DNA of 64,000 bases, from assembly GCF_041146345.1 (NCBI RefSeq), contig NW_027191402.1:62001-126000 (forward strand). Reading direction: 5' to 3'. This DNA is from Neodothiora populina. Lineage: Eukaryota. Positions within the stretch are counted from its first letter, which is position 1; each line of letters begins with the position of its first letter. Position numbers and translations under genes: made by a program. This document shows, piece after piece, positions 10,791 to 23,390 of the stretch. The notes under the pieces are model-generated. The model saw only the letters and a list, made by a program, of their open reading frames with translations, ran no database searches and was not told the origin of the DNA.

Positions 10791-13544
10791 ATGCGTCAAC
10801 ATCAGAGCTTCATTGCGCCCAAACTGCCCAAGGCTCTACTAGATCAGGTGCAGAGCGGAGGAGGTTCTAAGCGCAACAGCCAAGTCAGCCGGAAAGACCG
10901 TCGGAAGCAGGAGCGACTACAGAAGAAAGCCGCCTCAAAACCGAAGAGAAGACCGACCCCTTCTCTGGATCGCTCTCGGGCTGTTCGCAACGACTCGGAT
11001 GACGAGGACCTGGACAACGATGGTTACACTTCGCCTCCACCGGAATACATCACCAAGACAAGCAAGACCAGCAAGAACAAGCAGAACGGCGAGCCTGTCA
11101 AGTCTATCCTCAAGTCCACAAAGAAGGCAGATCCTCGACCAGACCGCGACTCCGTTTCTCCAGCTCCCGCTGTACCGCCCATGTCGAGAGCGCTGAAGGA
11201 CAAACTCGCCCAGGACGACGCCGAGATTGCCGCACTCGAGAAGAAGCTGGGGATAAAGAACAAGAAGAAGCTGCCCAAGGCTTTCGAAGACGACGGACTC
11301 GATGGCCTGCTGGATGGCCTCGACGGCGATGGCGAAGACGACGGAAAGAAGAGAAAGAGATCAGAGGATGATGATTGGCTGAGACAGAAGAGACGGAAGG
11401 TCCAGCCTATTGCCAGACAGCCACAAATCGCCGACGATGAAGATAGTGAAGACGACGGGGCTGAGCTGGACGGAGAAGAGCAAGACGACGATGATGTTGA
11501 TGATGATGGCTCCATCAATGAAGAAATGGATGCGATTGATGATTTACTGGATGGTCTCGGAGAAGTCAGTGGCGCAGAAGATGATGAAGACATGCAAGAG
11601 CTCGGCAGCGGAGATGAGGCCTGGTCGGATGACGAAGACGAAGACGACGAGGGTTTGGACGATGAAGACATGGAAGAGATGACGGGAGACGAGGGTGATT
11701 TCGGAGGGTTCGGAGAGCACGGCGACGACGACGACGACGATGAACAGGACATCATCAAGCCGGAGCAACCCAGAAAGCGTGAGAATCCCTACGTCGCACC
11801 AGTTCCGGCCAGCGACACACCGACTGCCCCAGTCGCGCCAGCTGCAAAGTATATACCACCATCTTTACGAGGTCCTCCGTCGTCACATGCGGAAGCTTTA
11901 CAACGCCTTCGCCGCCAACTCCAGGGTCTGCTGAATCGACTGTCCGAGGCGAATTCCATCTCTATTCTCCAGTCTGTCGAACAGGTCTACGCCGACAATC
12001 CGCGACAATATGTTACGAGTACTCTGCTTGAACTACTGATTGGCCTCATCTGCGATCGCACTAGCCTGCAAGATACTTTCCTGATCTTGCACGCCGGTTT
12101 CATCGCCGCTCTCTACAAGGTCATCGGCATCGATTTCGGCGCCCAAGTCATCGAGCGCATTGTCGCGGATTTCGACAAATACTATGGCACCGATGCCGAT
12201 GCTTCTGGCAAGCAGACCGCCAACCTTATGTCTTTGTTGTCGGAATTGTACAATTTTGGTGTTGTTGGTGGAAACCTGGTTTTTGACTATATTCGTCTGT
12301 TTTTAACCTCCATGTCCGAAACCAACACGGAATTGCTCCTCAAGATTATCCGCACGTCTGGGCCCCAGCTTCGTTCCGAGGATCCTGCAGCCTTGAAAGA
12401 TATCGTCGTTTTGTTGCAGAAGCAAGTCAGCGCGATAGGCGAGGCCAACCTCTCCGTGCGTACCAAGTTCATGATCGAAACCATCAACAGCCTCAAAAAC
12501 AACCGTATGAAGACTGGAGCTGCCGCTTCCGCCGTTGTGTCGGAACACACCACGAGAATGAAGAAGACCATCGGCACACTCAACAACAGGACAAACCTCA
12601 GAGCCAGTGAACCTCTGCGAATCGGATTAGCAGATATCAGAGATACAGAGAAGAAGGGAAAATGGTGGCTTGTCGGTGCAAGCTGGATGGATCCTGGAAA
12701 GCACGATACAACAAAAGATACACCCGAACAGCGTCGCAAGCATGACGCCGCGCACGTTGACACTTCTGTGTCAGCGTCTGAAGGTACTACCGACATCCTG
12801 ACTCTGGCTCGCCAACAAGGCATGAACACAGACATCCGTCGTGCGATATTTGTGACGATCATGTCTGCATCAGACTTCAAGGACGCGGGCATCCGCCTGC
12901 TCAAGCTCAACTTCAAGAAGACTCAAGAGCTAGAGATACCTCGTGTACTCATACACTGCGCAGGCGCAGAGGCTGTGTACAATCCGTATTACACATTGAT
13001 CGCCAAGAAGCTGTGCGGCGAGAAGCGCATGATCAAGGCTTTCCAGTTCGGACTGTGGGACATCTTCAAGCGCATGGGAGAGGGCAATAACGAAGACAGT
13101 GGTGACGAGGACGACGCCGCTGAAGAGATGAGCACGAGGAAGATTGTGAATCTTGCAAGGTTCTTCGCAGACCTTATCGTCGATGCCGGACTTCCCATCA
13201 CCTGTCTCAAGACCGTCAACTTCGCATATGCCCAGCCCAAAACCACCACGTTCCTCGAAGTACTTTTGACCACCATTATCTTGAATGCGCAGAAGAAATC
13301 TAAGAAATCAAAATGGGAGCTGTCACTTCAGGACGTCTTCGCAAAGGCGCAGGACGCGCCAGAGATGGTGCAGGGCTTGAGGTATTACATCGAGACCCTC
13401 ATTGCCAGGGCTGAGATTGCAAAGGACAAAAAGGAACGCAGCTCGGTCAGGAAAGGCTGCGCTAGTGCTGTCGAAGCGCTGACACTGCCTGTCAACGGTG
13501 GTGCGCAGGAAGATATGCTTACCAGTGGAGACGAGTCAGACTAG
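10791..13544 (+). CDS. SGD1: Nucleolar MIF4G/MA3-domain protein (Sgd1/NOM1)
   Basis: Intronless ORF from the ATG at 10791. Acidic N-terminus, KYIPPSLR, LQGLLNRLSEAN (MIF4G), KKGKWWLVGASW, and GMNTDIRRAIFVTIMSASD (MA3). Confidence 0.92.
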   Translation: MRQHQSFIAPKLPKALLDQVQSGGGSKRNSQVSRKDRRKQERLQKKAASKPKRRPTPSLDRSRAVRNDSDDEDLDNDGYTSPPPEYITKTSKTSKNKQNGEPVKSILKSTKKADPRPDRDSVSPAPAVPPMSRALKDKLAQDDAEIAALEKKLGIKNKKKLPKAFEDDGLDGLLDGLDGDGEDDGKKRKRSEDDDWLRQKRRKVQPIARQPQIADDEDSEDDGAELDGEEQDDDDVDDDGSINEEMDAIDDLLDGLGEVSGAEDDEDMQELGSGDEAWSDDEDEDDEGLDDEDMEEMTGDEGDFGGFGEHGDDDDDDEQDIIKPEQPRKRENPYVAPVPASDTPTAPVAPAAKYIPPSLRGPPSSHAEALQRLRRQLQGLLNRLSEANSISILQSVEQVYADNPRQYVTSTLLELLIGLICDRTSLQDTFLILHAGFIAALYKVIGIDFGAQVIERIVADFDKYYGTDADASGKQTANLMSLLSELYNFGVVGGNLVFDYIRLFLTSMSETNTELLLKIIRTSGPQLRSEDPAALKDIVVLLQKQVSAIGEANLSVRTKFMIETINSLKNNRMKTGAAASAVVSEHTTRMKKTIGTLNNRTNLRASEPLRIGLADIRDTEKKGKWWLVGASWMDPGKHDTTKDTPEQRRKHDAAHVDTSVSASEGTTDILTLARQQGMNTDIRRAIFVTIMSASDFKDAGIRLLKLNFKKTQELEIPRVLIHCAGAEAVYNPYYTLIAKKLCGEKRMIKAFQFGLWDIFKRMGEGNNEDSGDEDDAAEEMSTRKIVNLARFFADLIVDAGLPITCLKTVNFAYAQPKTTTFLEVLLTTIILNAQKKSKKSKWELSLQDVFAKAQDAPEMVQGLRYYIETLIARAEIAKDKKERSSVRKGCASAVEALTLPVNGGAQEDMLTSGDESD

Positions 13545-14920
13545 AGTGATGTAGACATGGCCGATCTCAGTAGATGCATACAGCTTCAGACAACTTGTCA
13601 TCTTCATACTTGTGCAGTGTGATTCCATATAGGCTAGAACTCGATCCACTCGGCTTTAATGAATGTGCGAGTGGACATGTCATGACTGATATGGCCGTGC
13701 TCTGACCAAACTCAAACCCAACGTACGAGCGGTCGGCACTTGCGAAACTGCAAGCATGAGATTTTGCGTTCACGGTGAGTCCGGACCTGCTGGACATAAG
13801 GTACTGTACCTTGATGAACCCAAAACGCGAATGAGAATGCGCTTGTCGATCGCGATGAACCGCCAAAGCCGATGCTGCATGCCGCAATCAAATTAATCCT
13901 TGGGTAAGGTAAATGTGCGTGCCCTACCTCAAGCTAGGCAGTTCATGTGAGGTACTGTGGTTGTGGTACCGACCAGGTATGCTGATGCTCGAACCAGTGT
14001 GGCTTCCATTGGTGTCTCTAGAAAACGATATTCGTCAGTGTACTTGGGCTGCCGTTGTGATCCTCCTAAGCCGTTTTTCCGGTACCGCATCAGGCACAAT
14101 ACCTTATCTCACTGTACAATGGACACCCGCAAGCCTGGCCATGGGCTTCACTGTTGATATTCTTAGCTATCTAAAGTGACTTGACTATCGACACGCCGAA
14201 CTGATTTCTGAAGAAGATGCGATGAATCTAGGGCTTGTTGAGACGATCTTGTCCAACACCGTGCAAGTGCAAAAAGCTAAGGTAAGCGCAATAATTAACA
14301 CAAATACTGAGTTGGTTAAGCGGCGCGGTTGGTCTAGAAGGTCAACCGACCGTTGCAGCAGCGGGCTGATCCCCTCATCTTGCTTCCCAATGTGAAGGAG
14401 TACTTGTATGCATCCAAGATCCGGAAAAGTCGCGTCTCCCCCGGATCCGCTATTCTACACCCAGGAGAACCTCCGCATCACCCAACCCCACTAACGTACC
14501 TTAGCTACTCTTGTGCTGCATTTGGAAACGCTATATTGCTGATCCTGGACTCCTACTTTCAGCGCTGAGCGACCGCTGTACAATAGGCTGCGAGTGGCTG
14601 TCGTTGAATTTGATCCTAAACACATGCGCGCATCCGCCTTGTGCTTGCTCTTACTTCGCCTCTGCTCCTGTACATGCTGAGCCAAGAAACCCAATTGCTA
14701 GCTGGGGCTCATTGACCTGATTTAGATTCTCCGTGTGGACAGACCTAATCTTCCAGCAGTTGGAAACGATCGAAGCTTGACATATATGCGCTCCTGCTCT
14801 GATCGTGCCGCGGCATCACGAGGTGTCGAAAGAGTGCCCAGATTTTTTCGTATTCGAAACAGCCGCAACGAAGTCCGCATCGACAATAGCTGCCTCGGTC
14901 GCCTGCAATTTTTTTAGGTT

Positions 14921-17849
14921 ATGGGAACCTCAAGACCCGAGTCTCAGCAGCAGCAGCAGCAGCAGCAGCACCGGCAGCAACAGCGGACTGATCTGAGCCG
15001 TAGCCCAGGACCGCCTTACACGCTACCGCCACTTCGCAACGAGCGACCATCAGAACGCGACAAGCGAACTTATCGAGCATGTTTACATTGCAGGCAAAGG
15101 AAAAGTCGCTGCGATCTGTAAGTCGTCATTCTTTTCGTTAGTTTGGACATTGCCAAAAGATGTTTCTTCCACTTTCAAGATGTTTAGCAGTGGACTGCAT
15201 TTGTCAAGATACTACTTGTGCTTTGAGCGAACACGATATGCAGACGAGGATGGTTCTTGATTGTTCGCTCGATGATGCATCCCTGATTGCAGGACTGTGT
15301 TAAGGCGGTCTTCCTCATACCAGAGCTTTAAATGGCTGACTGCTCTCAACCATAGCTATGGCAGTGGCGAGCCCGGCAAACCCCCATGCGAGCGCTGTAT
15401 TCGCGAGCAACATGAGTGCATTCTGGGTGGCTCACGCCGCGGCGGAAAGCGCATAAAACGGACCCAGTCGGACACTGCGTCGAATTCAGAGGCTTCTATG
15501 ACATCCCCGGTCTTGAATGTACCGCGATCGGTGCCGACAATACGGTCGGAGAGGTCTGACATGAGTTCCAAGCATAGCGAAACTCGTGCGCCTTATTGGA
15601 CGGCAATGGATTCCGAGAATCAAGTGGCTTCAAGACCGACCGAGGAGAGGGAAACGTCTTCGAATGTTGCTGAAACTGAAGACAGCAGTGCGAAGATGAC
15701 CGTCCGTGAGGACATTGCCTCTGCTGATATTCAAAATCCATCTGATGCCTTGGAGTTTCTTTCCAACGTGGCTGACAGAGCCGAGGGCCGGATGCTTCCT
15801 CCAATACGCAATGCAATGTACTCGCAATCTCCGTCACAGCAAACAATGGCCACCACTGGACAGATATCGTCAGCCGCAAATTCTGTCAAGCAATCACCCG
15901 ACATCAATACTATACCATTCGCCCCGCTACAGAAGGGACAGTTGAATTTGGCCATGATGACCGAACTTCTCTCTCGGTAAGTGCGACCTTTGTTTACACG
16001 AAATCTGCAGCTCGACAGTCCTGCTATAATTCACCAATCGATGCTCGCAGCAGGGTGACTTCCATAGCCACGCTCTTAGAAGACGCTCGACGTTCTGTCG
16101 ATCCAACGGATTTGGGTCTTTGGGCTGCGCAATGAACTTCATCCGCGTAGCATAGCACTCGTACTGATCCACTTTTCAGGTACGAACAACACTATCACCC
16201 CTTCTTTCCTCTTGCAAATCCAGCTGCATTAGATCCTCGGCGACTCGCGACAACTGCAATGGAAGAACCCCATCTTCTTGCTTCTATCTGTACAATTGCC
16301 TCAAAAGACGACTGGAACTGGTGGCATATTCATGAAGTGCGTACCTGGAAGCGTTCTGTTTCCAATATCTTCTGACCTCATCCTAGGCGTGCTCTGCTCA
16401 TATGCAAGAGCTCATAGCGAGGTTGGTGTACGGTGGAGGCGGGTCTGTCGAGGCAGTTGAGGCGCTGCTGATTTTGTCGGAGTGGGTGCCGCGCAGACCT
16501 CAATCAACGCCTTCGATCGGAAAAGGAGAGGAAGACCATCAGGCTTGGATGTTTGTGGGGACGGCGGTGAGATTAGGATACCTTTTGGGACTGGACCGAA
16601 CAGGTTTCAGGAATGAATCCGACTCGAGCGCACCGGATTTCAATAGGAAGCGCCTCGCCTGGTCAGGTAAGTTGTTTATGGAGACTATCGCTGGCACAAC
16701 GCTGACTGAGCTCAAATAGCTTGCTACATGATGGACCGACATATCTCGGTTCGAATAGGCAAGGCATTCTGGAGTAGAGGTCCAGGTCCCATGACTGGCC
16801 TCAATGCGCAGGACTTTCCCAGCTTACGAGCTCGCAACAGCGAGATTGACGACTATGCCGCGATATGGGAGGCAAATATGGAACTCACACAACTTTTCAG
16901 TAATGCCCACGACGTGCTTTATTCATCGAAGAACCGATCGGCTCAACTGAACTCGGGCGGAGAATATGTCAAATACATTGACGACTTCCGGACGGCAACA
17001 CGGGCCTGGCACAACACCTGGAGCATGCTCACATGCTCGGCGCCCCTCAAGGCCAGCATGGTGCTTTCTTACGAGTATCTCCGTCTCTATGTCAACGCAT
17101 TCGCATATCAAGCGACCATCAATCGCATGGTGGTCCAGGCGAATGAGTATGCGGCAAACAATGCAACGACGCGCCGTGCACCCGCCGCCACACCTTTCAC
17201 GGATTTCATGGCTGTCACACCGGACGCACGATTTATCTATGATTCAGTGGACGCAGCGAAATCTCTCCTCAACACGTTCAATGCTTTTGTTGACCCCATA
17301 ACGACATTCCGATATATGCCCCTCCGGTTTTATCTTTACGTGATTTACTCGGCGTGCTTCTTGTACAAGGCCAGAAGCACAGGAGTACTGGGTGACGACA
17401 AGGAAGGCACACTCAGACAGATGATCAACGACACCATTGAGCGTCTGCAAGCCGCCAGTACCTGCTCCAACGATGTCGGCGATCGCTACAGCAAGCTCAT
17501 CCGCTTACTATGGAGGAAGCCACCGTCACAAGACGCCGGAGGGACGCGAGCAATGACGGTGCAGCCAACGGTCGAACACAGCGACCAAGGTGGCAGCGGC
17601 GCAGAACAGCAACAAGCGAACCTGAGCAGCGACAGCGGCGGCTACACGGCAGCGCAACAACAAGTCATGCCTCTGGGGTCCATCAACACGTTTTCATGGC
17701 TGGATCTGCAAGGCGTGGAAAACTTCGCCACAAGCAATAATAACGGAAGTGTCCTCGACGGCAGTATGGATTCGTTCGAGGATGGTCACGTGCAGGGTGT
17801 GTTTGCGCCTTTCAACCCGGCGTACTTTACGCAGATGCAGCAGACACAT

Positions 17850-17884
<35 letters not shown>

Positions 17885-17948
17885 TCAACAACAACATCAA
17901 CAACAGGCCATCTGGCCGGGCATGGTGAATCCGAACATTATCTTCTGA
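14921..17948 (+). CDS. Zn(II)2Cys6 fungal transcription factor (Aro80/PriB-like)
   Basis: The binuclear cluster ACLHCRQRKSRCDL|YGSGEPGKPPCERCIREQHEC is split by intron 15118-15355. Three more introns follow (for example 15977-16179). Middle homology region YMMDRHISVRIGKAFWSRGPGP; poly-Q tracts at both ends. Confidence 0.9.
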
Positions 17949-18538
17949 GGGGCTTTTCTTGCTGTTGAAATAAAGGAGACTGTCGTTGGATAGGGAGAGA
18001 AAGAGATAGAGGCTGAAGAGAACGAGATACAAGAGCCGAGGTAGAAGTACGCAGTACACAGGACGCCATACCCAGCGCAAGAAGCAGGAGGATGAGCTGA
18101 CAGGCAGGATATGCTCTTTTCTCATCTCGGTGATGATGTACAACACAAACAACGAAAAGGACTCAACGAGCTGTGGCTGTTGTCGAGTAGTAGTAGATCG
18201 TTACATGCCCCGGTAGGTGGGTGAATGAATGGACATCTATGTAGTATGATTGTAGCCTATGCTACTGCGCCGGTCGGAGGCCGTTGCATTTACGGATTGT
18301 TGTTCCGAAGTGGGCATGTGCAGCTTTCATGGAGGCTGGTGCAGAGAATGTCTCGCGAAGCAATGAGAGCAATGAATCAAGTGAAGACGGACAGGAATGG
18401 GGATTAACGGCAGTATGATTCGATAGAATGATCATACCGGATGCATTACATGGCTGCGTCATGACATACCTCGAACAATAGGAAAAGCGAATATGAGGAT
18501 GAACGTGCCATCTCGCAAGGTATGGAGGCAAAAATCAA

Positions 18539-18542
<4 letters not shown>

Positions 18543-18605
<63 letters not shown>
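18543..18605. repeat. (CT)n microsatellite, about 31 units
   Basis: Perfect dinucleotide run just past the stop codon of the dioxygenase gene. Confidence 0.98.
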
Positions 18606-18607
<2 letters not shown>

Positions 18608-18617
18608 CTCTCACTCT

Positions 18618-19259
18618 TTACTCGGCGTGCTCCCTCAAAAACCCAACCTGCAAGGGAAACTGCTGACCCATCCACGTAGCGCGCTGCGTGTGATCGCGAA
18701 TCTCATCGTCCGTGTTGGGGTGAATGAGCGCAGACAGCGGACCTCTATTGATGACCAACCAAGGGATGAAAGCGCCGAACTGCGCCGGCGTGAAGATGTT
18801 GACTTCGAACATGCCTACGGCGTGGGGGCCGATGGGGCGGTCGAAGACGGGGTAGATGCGGAGTTCGGGGACTGAGAGGGGCGCAGAGTCAGTATATAAG
18901 GAAAGAAAAGCACGAAGCAGAAAAACTCAAAAGGGAAAACTCATACATTCCCGGCGTATCCTCTCCCACAGCTCGGTCGCGAACTTCTTCTGGTCGTCCA
19001 TGTTTTGCTGAAAGTATATGTGCACGTCGAAGCCGCCTCGCTCGCCGTTAGAGATGGGGTCGATGAAGGACCCGTACGCTTTGCTCTGCGACTTTGCTGG
19101 CGGGTTGTAGAAGGATTTGCCGTCCGCTGCTCGCTCGCTGGGGACTGTTAGTATGGGTTGTGATATGGAAGATACCATAGTGACTTACGTCGGGAGCGGC
19201 TCCAGGTTCTCGTAGCCCTCGAGGGGAGAAGGGTATTTGTATAGAGATGGATCGGCCAT
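18618..19259 (-). CDS. DOPA 4,5-dioxygenase family protein
   Basis: Three exons: MADPSLYKYPSPLEGYENLEPLP / ...GGFDVHIYF...LWERIRRE / FPELRIY...PIGPH..GMFEVN...LSALIHPNT...DHTQRATWMG. The His motifs match the DOPA dioxygenase family. Confidence 0.9.
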
Positions 19260-19610
19260 TTTTGTGTTGTAGGGACGTCAAGCTACTGGTTGTGATTGTG
19301 TATGTATCAAGTATGCGCAATTCAGGTAGAGCGATGGAGAGATTCAAGTATGCAGATGAGTAGAGTTGGAGAAAGAGGAAGACGTCGGGGCGATCAGAAT
19401 TGATTAATTGATTTGTGAAGCAGTAAACGGTTTCAATAGATGGCTAAGGTGCCACCAGTCAGGTCTATATATGGCATCGAACGTGCGGCAAAGAGAAAAC
19501 AGTGCTATAGGTAAGCTACGGGACCTCACAAATAAAAGAGGCCTCTGACGATGCTGGTCGAGCTGAGTAAGACGCTTTTGGTGCCTTGGTTTGTAAGCTC
19601 CAGCTTGGCT

Positions 19611-19646
19611 GGGGGAGGGGGGAGGGGGGAGGGGGGAGGGGGAGGG
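19611..19646 (+). repeat. (G5-6 A)n G-tract array, potential G-quadruplex
   Basis: G5-A-G6-A-G6-A-G6-A-G5-A-G3 in the divergent intergenic region between the dioxygenase and SLD2. Confidence 0.85.
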
Positions 19647-19881
19647 CCGGAATTGGTGCGCCCTTGGTGGATGTGAATTAGCACTCGGCATATCTCCGTT
19701 CATGTTTCTGTTGCTCCCTTACTTACTCGACAGGCAACGGAAGCATAGAAGAATAGAAGAATAGAAGAATACGGTAGAGTAGAAGGGCACGACTTGGCGT
19801 GTGCGGAGATTCCGCGAACTGAGAGAATGACATCATACACCAGACACGAAATCCATCAAGGGTCCACTCCGGATGCGGACA

Positions 19882-19899
19882 ACGCGTCTCGGTCGCGTC
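19882..19899 (+). promoter_or_regulatory. MCB-like elements upstream of SLD2
   Basis: ACGCGT at 19882-19887 and CGCGTC at 19894-19899, about 160 bp before the ATG. Confidence 0.6.
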
Positions 19900-20054
19900 A
19901 AACCCGTAGTTGCCCTTTACGGTACAGAGCAGCTGACATACTGTACCTACCTTAGCTCGCATTTCCACTCTGATACAGCAACAACAATCCCTGGCACACG
20001 ACCAACCAAATTCAAGAGAAGAAGAAGAGAAGAAGAAGAGAAGAAGAAGAAGAA

Positions 20055-21457
20055 ATGTCAACTTCGACTCTGACGCTCAACGACCACCTGCTCGCCCTCC
20101 GACAAGAACTCAAGACATGGGAAAAAACATTCGCCGCCGGTCACGGGGGGCGGAAGGCAGGGCGCGATGATATCAAGAACGACAGCGCAATCGGTGCGTC
20201 AATCAGGTTTTGCAAAGAAGGCTGATGGGAAGAGGCCGCTGACTTTTATCTTCTGCTTCAACAGCGGCCAAGTACAGAGAGTACGACGGATTACGGCGGC
20301 CACAGCCCCAGAGCAAGAGACCGCACAGAGACCCAGACACCACCGCTGTTTCACTTTCCACATCAGACTCCACGGCATTCTCGATATCGAAATCGGAAAG
20401 AGACGTTGAGATAGAAGCCCCGAATCCCATTGCTGCGACTCCTCGGAGAAAGAAGGCTGGATTCGTGCTGCCTCGACTACCAGTGGCCCATTCACTGGCA
20501 GACGAGAACGACGAAGACCATGACAGTGACAATACCACTCCGGCCGCCATCCGGGTTCAATTAGGACCGACACCGCAGAAAGACGGCCACTACCTCAGTC
20601 TCTTCGACTCGCTCCCCTCGGCCACACCCTCCAAGCCGCGTTCGGCATTGAGCGCCATCCATGGCAACATTGCTTCCACACCGACCAGGTCACAGCAGCG
20701 CGACAACACAATCGTCGAGTCTCCTGCTGCAGGAAACAGAAACAGTAGAACGCCAGCGTCCAGCGGCAAGCGCTTCATGCTCGACTCTTTCGCCACCCCC
20801 TTGAAGCGCAAGCGAGACGACCAAGATCAATCACATCCCACTCCTTCCTCGTCTAACAAGCTCCTAGCCACTCCAGCCTTCCTGCGACGGAGCAACACCA
20901 TGTCCATCATGGATACCCTGGCAGAAGAAGGCGAGAACGATGACGACATCCTGGCCTTGACTCGACCGCGTCTCCCACCATTCAAGAAGAAGAGAGGCTT
21001 TGTGCGCAGTCTCAGCAGTATCATCCAGGGCATGCGCAAGCAAGAAGACGACGCTCTGGACGAGCAGCTGGACATTATGCGGGACATGGAGGGTTTCGAC
21101 GACCACCCCCTGCGTCAACGATGATGAACCCACCTACAAGATCATTTTCACAACCCCAACCCTCCACCTCTGTGTCTGCTCAGCCAAGCGTGCTCGTCCA
21201 AGACAGTCAGCTCGAAATGCCACTGGGACCAGATCAGGCTCCCGAGTCAGACGAATCGGAAGAGGAAGAGGAACAAGGCGGTCGGCCGCGGAAGCCTTGG
21301 AAGAAGAAGGGGCTCAAGCGGCAGACCAGACGAGTCATAAGTGAGTTTTTTATTTAGTTGCTGCCAAAGTATTACATCGTGCTGACATGAACAACCTACA
21401 GTGCGCCCCGTCACGCATAAACCCACCGCGCCAGCCCCACAGCCCGACGACGACGAC

Positions 21458-21493
<36 letters not shown>

Positions 21494-21805
21494 GATGACG
21501 CTGCCGAAGAACAAGAAAGAGTCGCAGAAACGCAGCTGAACACACATCCTTCCACCACTGCCGATCAAGACGATGAGGCAACGAGCGACCACAGCGCCTA
21601 CGAAGAAGAAGGAGAAACAGAAGAACCCATTACCAGGCCGAAATCATCAACAAAAGAGGCGAAACAAGCCGCTACTGCCAGCGAAGGACCTATCAAGAAA
21701 GCAGCCCGCATGATAAGTGCAGGCGCCCATGCCAACTTCAGGAAACTCAAGATCAAGAACAAAAACTCAAAGGCGAACGGTAGGAGTCGGTTCGGGAAGA
21801 GATGA
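20055..21805 (+). CDS. SLD2: DNA replication regulator Sld2/Drc1 (contains an apparent 1-nt frameshift near 21106-21110)
   Basis: LRQELKTWEKTFAAGHGGRKAGRDDIK, LGPTPQKDGHYLSLFD, ATPAFLRR, VRSLSSIIQGMRKQE, WKKKGLKRQTRRVIMRPV and AHANFRKLKIKNK. Many S/T-P sites; two introns. Confidence 0.88.
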
Positions 21806-23390
21806 CGGCCCATGTCATTACATGCGGTAGAAGGATGACTGTTGTGTATCTACGAGTACCTTGCTGTGGACTCACCTGGGCTCTGTACTGTTCTCACATG
21901 TTTTTCTATCAATCGGCGGTTGTCTCTTGGCCTGACCTGAGTCGAAGCAGAACTTGTCTTCGCGACTCTATCAGCCCTATTTTTCAAAGTCTTGGACCGA
22001 TCCGCGTTCTCGGCAATCCCGAAACGAAAAGACAAAAGTAAGAAAGCTTTATCATCGCGAGTCGAGTGGGACCTTGAGCTCGATCGCAAAGAGACCATCA
22101 GACGCCATTGCGCGTCACACCCACGGGGTGCGAAATGGAGACTTGAGTTCAGTCGACGATCGACTCCGGTCAGTGAGGCTTTTCCACTACTTGTACTCAA
22201 TTGCACTGCATCATTGCATTGCGAGTCTCCACACTGTGCGTGCGGAATGCGAGATGAAATCTTATAAGTCACGAGAGGACAAGACAGGGCCGCCAAGACT
22301 GTCGCTTTGACAGAGAGTCGCGAACAAAAGAGTCGTGTAGTCTATTGTGATTTGGAGTATTCGTATCTCAAGTCTGTTCTCGGAGAAATTGATAGATATG
22401 TCTTATTGATCTACTTGTACTCCGTTCATTACTGTCCCTTAGATAAGGTAAGATACGGAAGGTAGGTACTGTAAGGTAGGTACTCTTTGAACCCTGACTT
22501 TTTGCAAGGTTACATCCACCACGCCCTTGCCCTGCTCGTGCTACCTTACCTCGCCTCCTGTAGTACAATAGCACCTTATCTTTGCTGCCCGTATCGACGT
22601 GGTCATACCTGGTGATATGATCCCACAATTCGCATGCGAAGGACCCCAGTCCCGACCTATCATTATCTGACATTCACTTCCTCTTCGTATCTGGACGCCG
22701 TAAGGAGTGTCTCTCGCTTGCGGAGCATTATACCCTGCTCTAACGCGCTCGCGATAAGGATGCTGAGTAGGTAAATGACGAGATGATACCTCGAACCCGG
22801 CAGGGTGGTACTGCAGAAACACACGGTCCGTCGTGGTGTTTTCCCCGGCAGTCGTGATGATTGAGGAAATGGCAGCACATGTCGGCACACAGAAGACATC
22901 GAAGACTTGACCTCGATTCTGTTGCGTAACACAATACATTATGGCTGGACGTGTCATGCCATTCGCGTGTCATCACCCTTGCCTATTCACACAGCCAAAC
23001 TAGTGACTGTACCTTGTCGATCGTCCTTCGCAGTGTACATACTTGTCTGCGCTTCGGCACAAGCTATAGCAGATCAGACGACCTTTTTTTCTTCGTCCCT
23101 GTTTTTTTTTTTTTCTTCACGGTTTTGGCTAGGATCTGGCGTTCATTGATCAGCGATAGAGCTAGAACAGATCAAGAACGCTTCTTCAATCTCTGAGCAA
23201 TGGATTCTAAGAATAAACCCTGTTCATTACATTTCACGGTACAATGTATCAGCGTAGACACGGGCAGAATCACTAAACGGAAAAACGTCTTTATGGTTAC
23301 ATACACTACGATATCGACAGAGATATCATTGGCAATGCAGCCAACCACAACTCACAAGATTATCTCTGCCTCTGCTGCCGTTCCTTCCCA

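Noticed and set aside
14326..14348. Short hairpin CGGTTGGTCTAGAAGGTCAACCG with an A-box-like core
   Set aside because: Only about 10 bp including G-U pairs and no downstream B-box; within chance expectation.
15977..16179. Possible twin (nested) intron in the Zn2Cys6 gene
   Set aside because: A single standard GT-AG intron restores the frame (R-Y-E-Q-H-Y-H-P-F-F-P).
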